Shown here piece by piece: positions 61,074 to 64,000 of a stretch of 64,000 nucleotides of DNA. The notes under the pieces were generated by a model, which searched no databases, was not told the DNA's origin, and worked only from the letters and a program-made list of their open reading frames with translations. This DNA is from Pecten maximus (lineage: Eukaryota). The DNA lies in assembly GCF_902652985.1 (NCBI RefSeq), contig NC_047020.1, positions 14,322,001 to 14,386,000 on the forward strand, written 5' to 3'. Numbering within the stretch: position 1 is the first letter of the stretch; every line of letters starts with the position of its first letter. Position numbers and translations under genes: made by a program.

Positions 61074-64000
61074 CTTGAAAATAAAATTAAAGAATATATT
61101 GCTATTTAATAATCATATCCCAATTTTTTAACCAACGAACTGCTGCCACGCAACAATTTAAACTTATACTCCTTTAGCTAAAAAAAGAAGACTTAATGAA
61201 GATAATATCATACAGCTAAAGCGTCACTGGCTACACTGCACTATAACTATAAGATCAGCAGTCATCACGGGAACTTTGAACATTATCTAAGGATTAGTTG
61301 TCATTTGATGTTTTCATGTACTAATTAATTACTTTAATGTTACTATACTGTACTTGAATACTATTTTTTTAATGCTCCTTTATATCATAATATCCAATGT
61401 TTTTATAGTACAAATTCCCTATAAACCCATTAACACAAACATCTCTCCATTCTTTAGTAAATTCTGACTAAGAATAAATTAGCATGTACGCAATGAATAA
61501 AGGTTAAGCGGATTTATAAGCGCGAGAATCGGTAACATAATTATTACGTCGTCTATTTGTGACGTTACCGGAACGTCAACTAGACATATTGCGGAAATGG
61601 ATGGATATTTAACTTCTCCACGAGGTAAGCTAACTACAAATGGCTGAAGCGTACAGTTCCCTAGAGAACATTTGACACGTCACTACTAAATCTGTGTCAA
61701 TACACGCTGTGCTTTACAACCATAGTTAATCTGACACAGATATTGTGGATTGTGAATATATCAATTAATTAAAAACGTTAAAGGTATTAAACAAAAATGT
61801 TGAGTTTATTTTGATTTTGTCAATAATACTGGTGTCTTTACGTAGATTCGCTGGAATTATATTATCTTAGCAACCACGGCCGGCGTAGTTACCAACGTCA
61901 TAACACTTCCTGGATTTTATTTTCTTCGTACTGTATTTAAACAATTTGTTTGATGTAAATATATGAATTGTACATCATTTTGACTGCGCATACGGTAGTA
62001 TGCCCGCATTTGCCAACGAAAATACCCTATGGAGCGCTAATAAAACATTGTTCCGTTTACAGTGAAGCAGATGTGTAATATGGTCACTGGTGCTCGGTTT
62101 CGGTATTTTGATGGTTTCTGTGAATAACCACAACACTAAATATCCACGTATTGATATAACATTATACAACGAATAGAACAGGTCTGTATGAATGCTGGAT
62201 TTTTAGTGCTGTGTTATCGACAAATGATATATAGTCTACTACTCAAAAACTAAAAAAATGCATAAAGTCATTGATTTAAATTGAACAGTTAATGTTTACA
62301 TTTGCACTTCGCTCCGCCTCAATGAAACTAATAAACTCAGATCACTTCATTTCCGGATGAAGAGTTTAGGTCGCGCGCCTCTGTTCTGAGAGACGAATCA
62401 CTTTCTTTCCGGTGTGGGAATGCAGTTAACTGCTTACATTGACGATCTAGTTTGGTACCGCCTCAGACTTGAATCCACTTTCGTTTTGCTAATTGTGTAA
62501 CATTATCATACACGTATATAAACAGTGGAAGATCCGCTTTAAGTGCCAATAAAAAATGCCAGTATAATGCAGACGGTTTAGAAAGCAGGATATGACAGAA
62601 CACTGACACTCCTGTCAGCACCGCGCTCGTGACCTACGTAGCGCAGTAGACCTACAAGTAATGTAGCTGTATCACGAATACGATACTGGATATAATTTCA
62701 GTGGTCACAGAAAATGAAGCCTCAGTCCCAACACTATTAAACAACACACAACATTCTTGTATCAGCAATACGCAATATCGATCACAGGGACACATTACTA
62801 TCGTAATTTGACTCATAATCGAAACATATGGAGGACATAAGTTTCGGACCGTCGAATGCCGCCAATTTTCAAATCAATGTTTCTGTACTTAATTTATCAG
62901 AATTTACATTCCAAAACACTAGTGCAGCAATGAAATCCAATATCTCCAGAACATCATATAAATCCTCAGCTAATCTGTGACTAAAATCACATTTATCCCG
63001 GCTATTAGACTGCATCAACTACAGTCACAGGGTTCCGGTTTTAGATTATGAGTAACATCTGACTGCCATAGTCTCAAGACTAAATATCCCACATTTAATC
63101 TCATTATGAAACCTTACAAATCGAATTTTACAAGGTTATAGAGAGTATATAAACACTGGTTTTTAATGTTGTGATATTTTACTGTTACCGTCACGTTAAC
63201 ATTGTGCTCATTTTTAAACTGAATCCCTGTGTCGCGAGTACCCTTATCACACACGTACTATACTGTCAACACTGCGCATTCAATATCATAAACATTTGTT
63301 TTAAATGCATATTTTATCTTGAAAATATCGTTTTTATACGGAAACATGTATGACCCTGAAAGATATATTGCGTGCATTCGCGACGAGAGTAGCCGACTGA
63401 CTGCTAACCACTACTGTGCATACATGTACGATACGTATGACAATGTTTCAACGTGACGCACGTAACAATCTGAGGGCGTGAACTTTAATTTTATTAACGT
63501 TATTGTAAGGATTTGATTCGCAGTTCACTTTATTTGCACGAGGTTCACTTCATCAGTTTATGCAAGCAACACAATTGAACATCAATATATAATTGAATGC
63601 CGAACGCGACATTAAATCTGCCGTTGAGAACACTGGTATAAAAGCGTGAGCTGGAATGGAATTTACGAGTCAGTAACATAAGCTGTGGTGACGAAACGAC
63701 CGTCGGACGACGGCAAGGTAAGCCCTAGGTTAGGGATGATGGTGGCTTCCTTATAGTGACCGTCGTGTCGTCATTAACACTCGATACAGCCCCACAGATA
63801 AAGTCCGCTTTTGTTCTGTATAACAATGTAGTTTCGACTGTTGTGTCGATTCAAGACTCTGTTTTTGACCACTCATATAGATGATTTCGGGATCACGAAA
63901 TCTTTTTCGAAAGACGTAATTAGATTGGTACTAGCATGAGTGTCGTGTGATGCCAGTCATATCAAGTGAGCTTACGCTGTCAACATTGACATTTCTTATG

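Noticed and set aside
61975-62980. Candidate first or signal-peptide exons of the IgGFc-domain gene
   Set aside because: Several possible AG/GT pairs, but none gives a convincing ATG plus signal peptide in the right phase.

Overview
AT-rich, intron-containing animal genomic DNA, most likely a bivalve mollusc (inferred from gene content and repeat types). There are four host genes. (1) A complete 4-exon GM2 ganglioside activator (ML-domain) gene on the minus strand, 4672-8338. (2) A 12-coding-exon calpain-15/SOL-type protease gene on the plus strand, 16656-39214 (about 1078 aa), with three RanBP2 zinc fingers and an intact Cys/His/Asn triad; the acceptor of its last exon reads AA instead of AG. 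(3) An uninterrupted ~936-aa multi-pass membrane protein ORF of unknown family, nested antisense in a calpain intron (23820-26630). (4) A 5'-incomplete minus-strand gene for a membrane-anchored IgGFc-binding-domain protein (56759 to at least 61073). Mobile DNA includes a full-length, apparently very young Ty3/Gypsy Mag/Steamer-like LTR retrotransposon (46698-51627; identical LTRs, 5-bp TSD, intact ORF), an L1/Tx1 LINE nested in a TA-flanked MITE, a doubly interrupted CR1/L2-type LINE, nested Helentron/HINE-like elements and several minisatellites, one with higher-order structure. Several unrelated repeats share a strand-specific DNA hairpin pattern: tandem GA/GA mismatches in YGAR context plus GNA loops.
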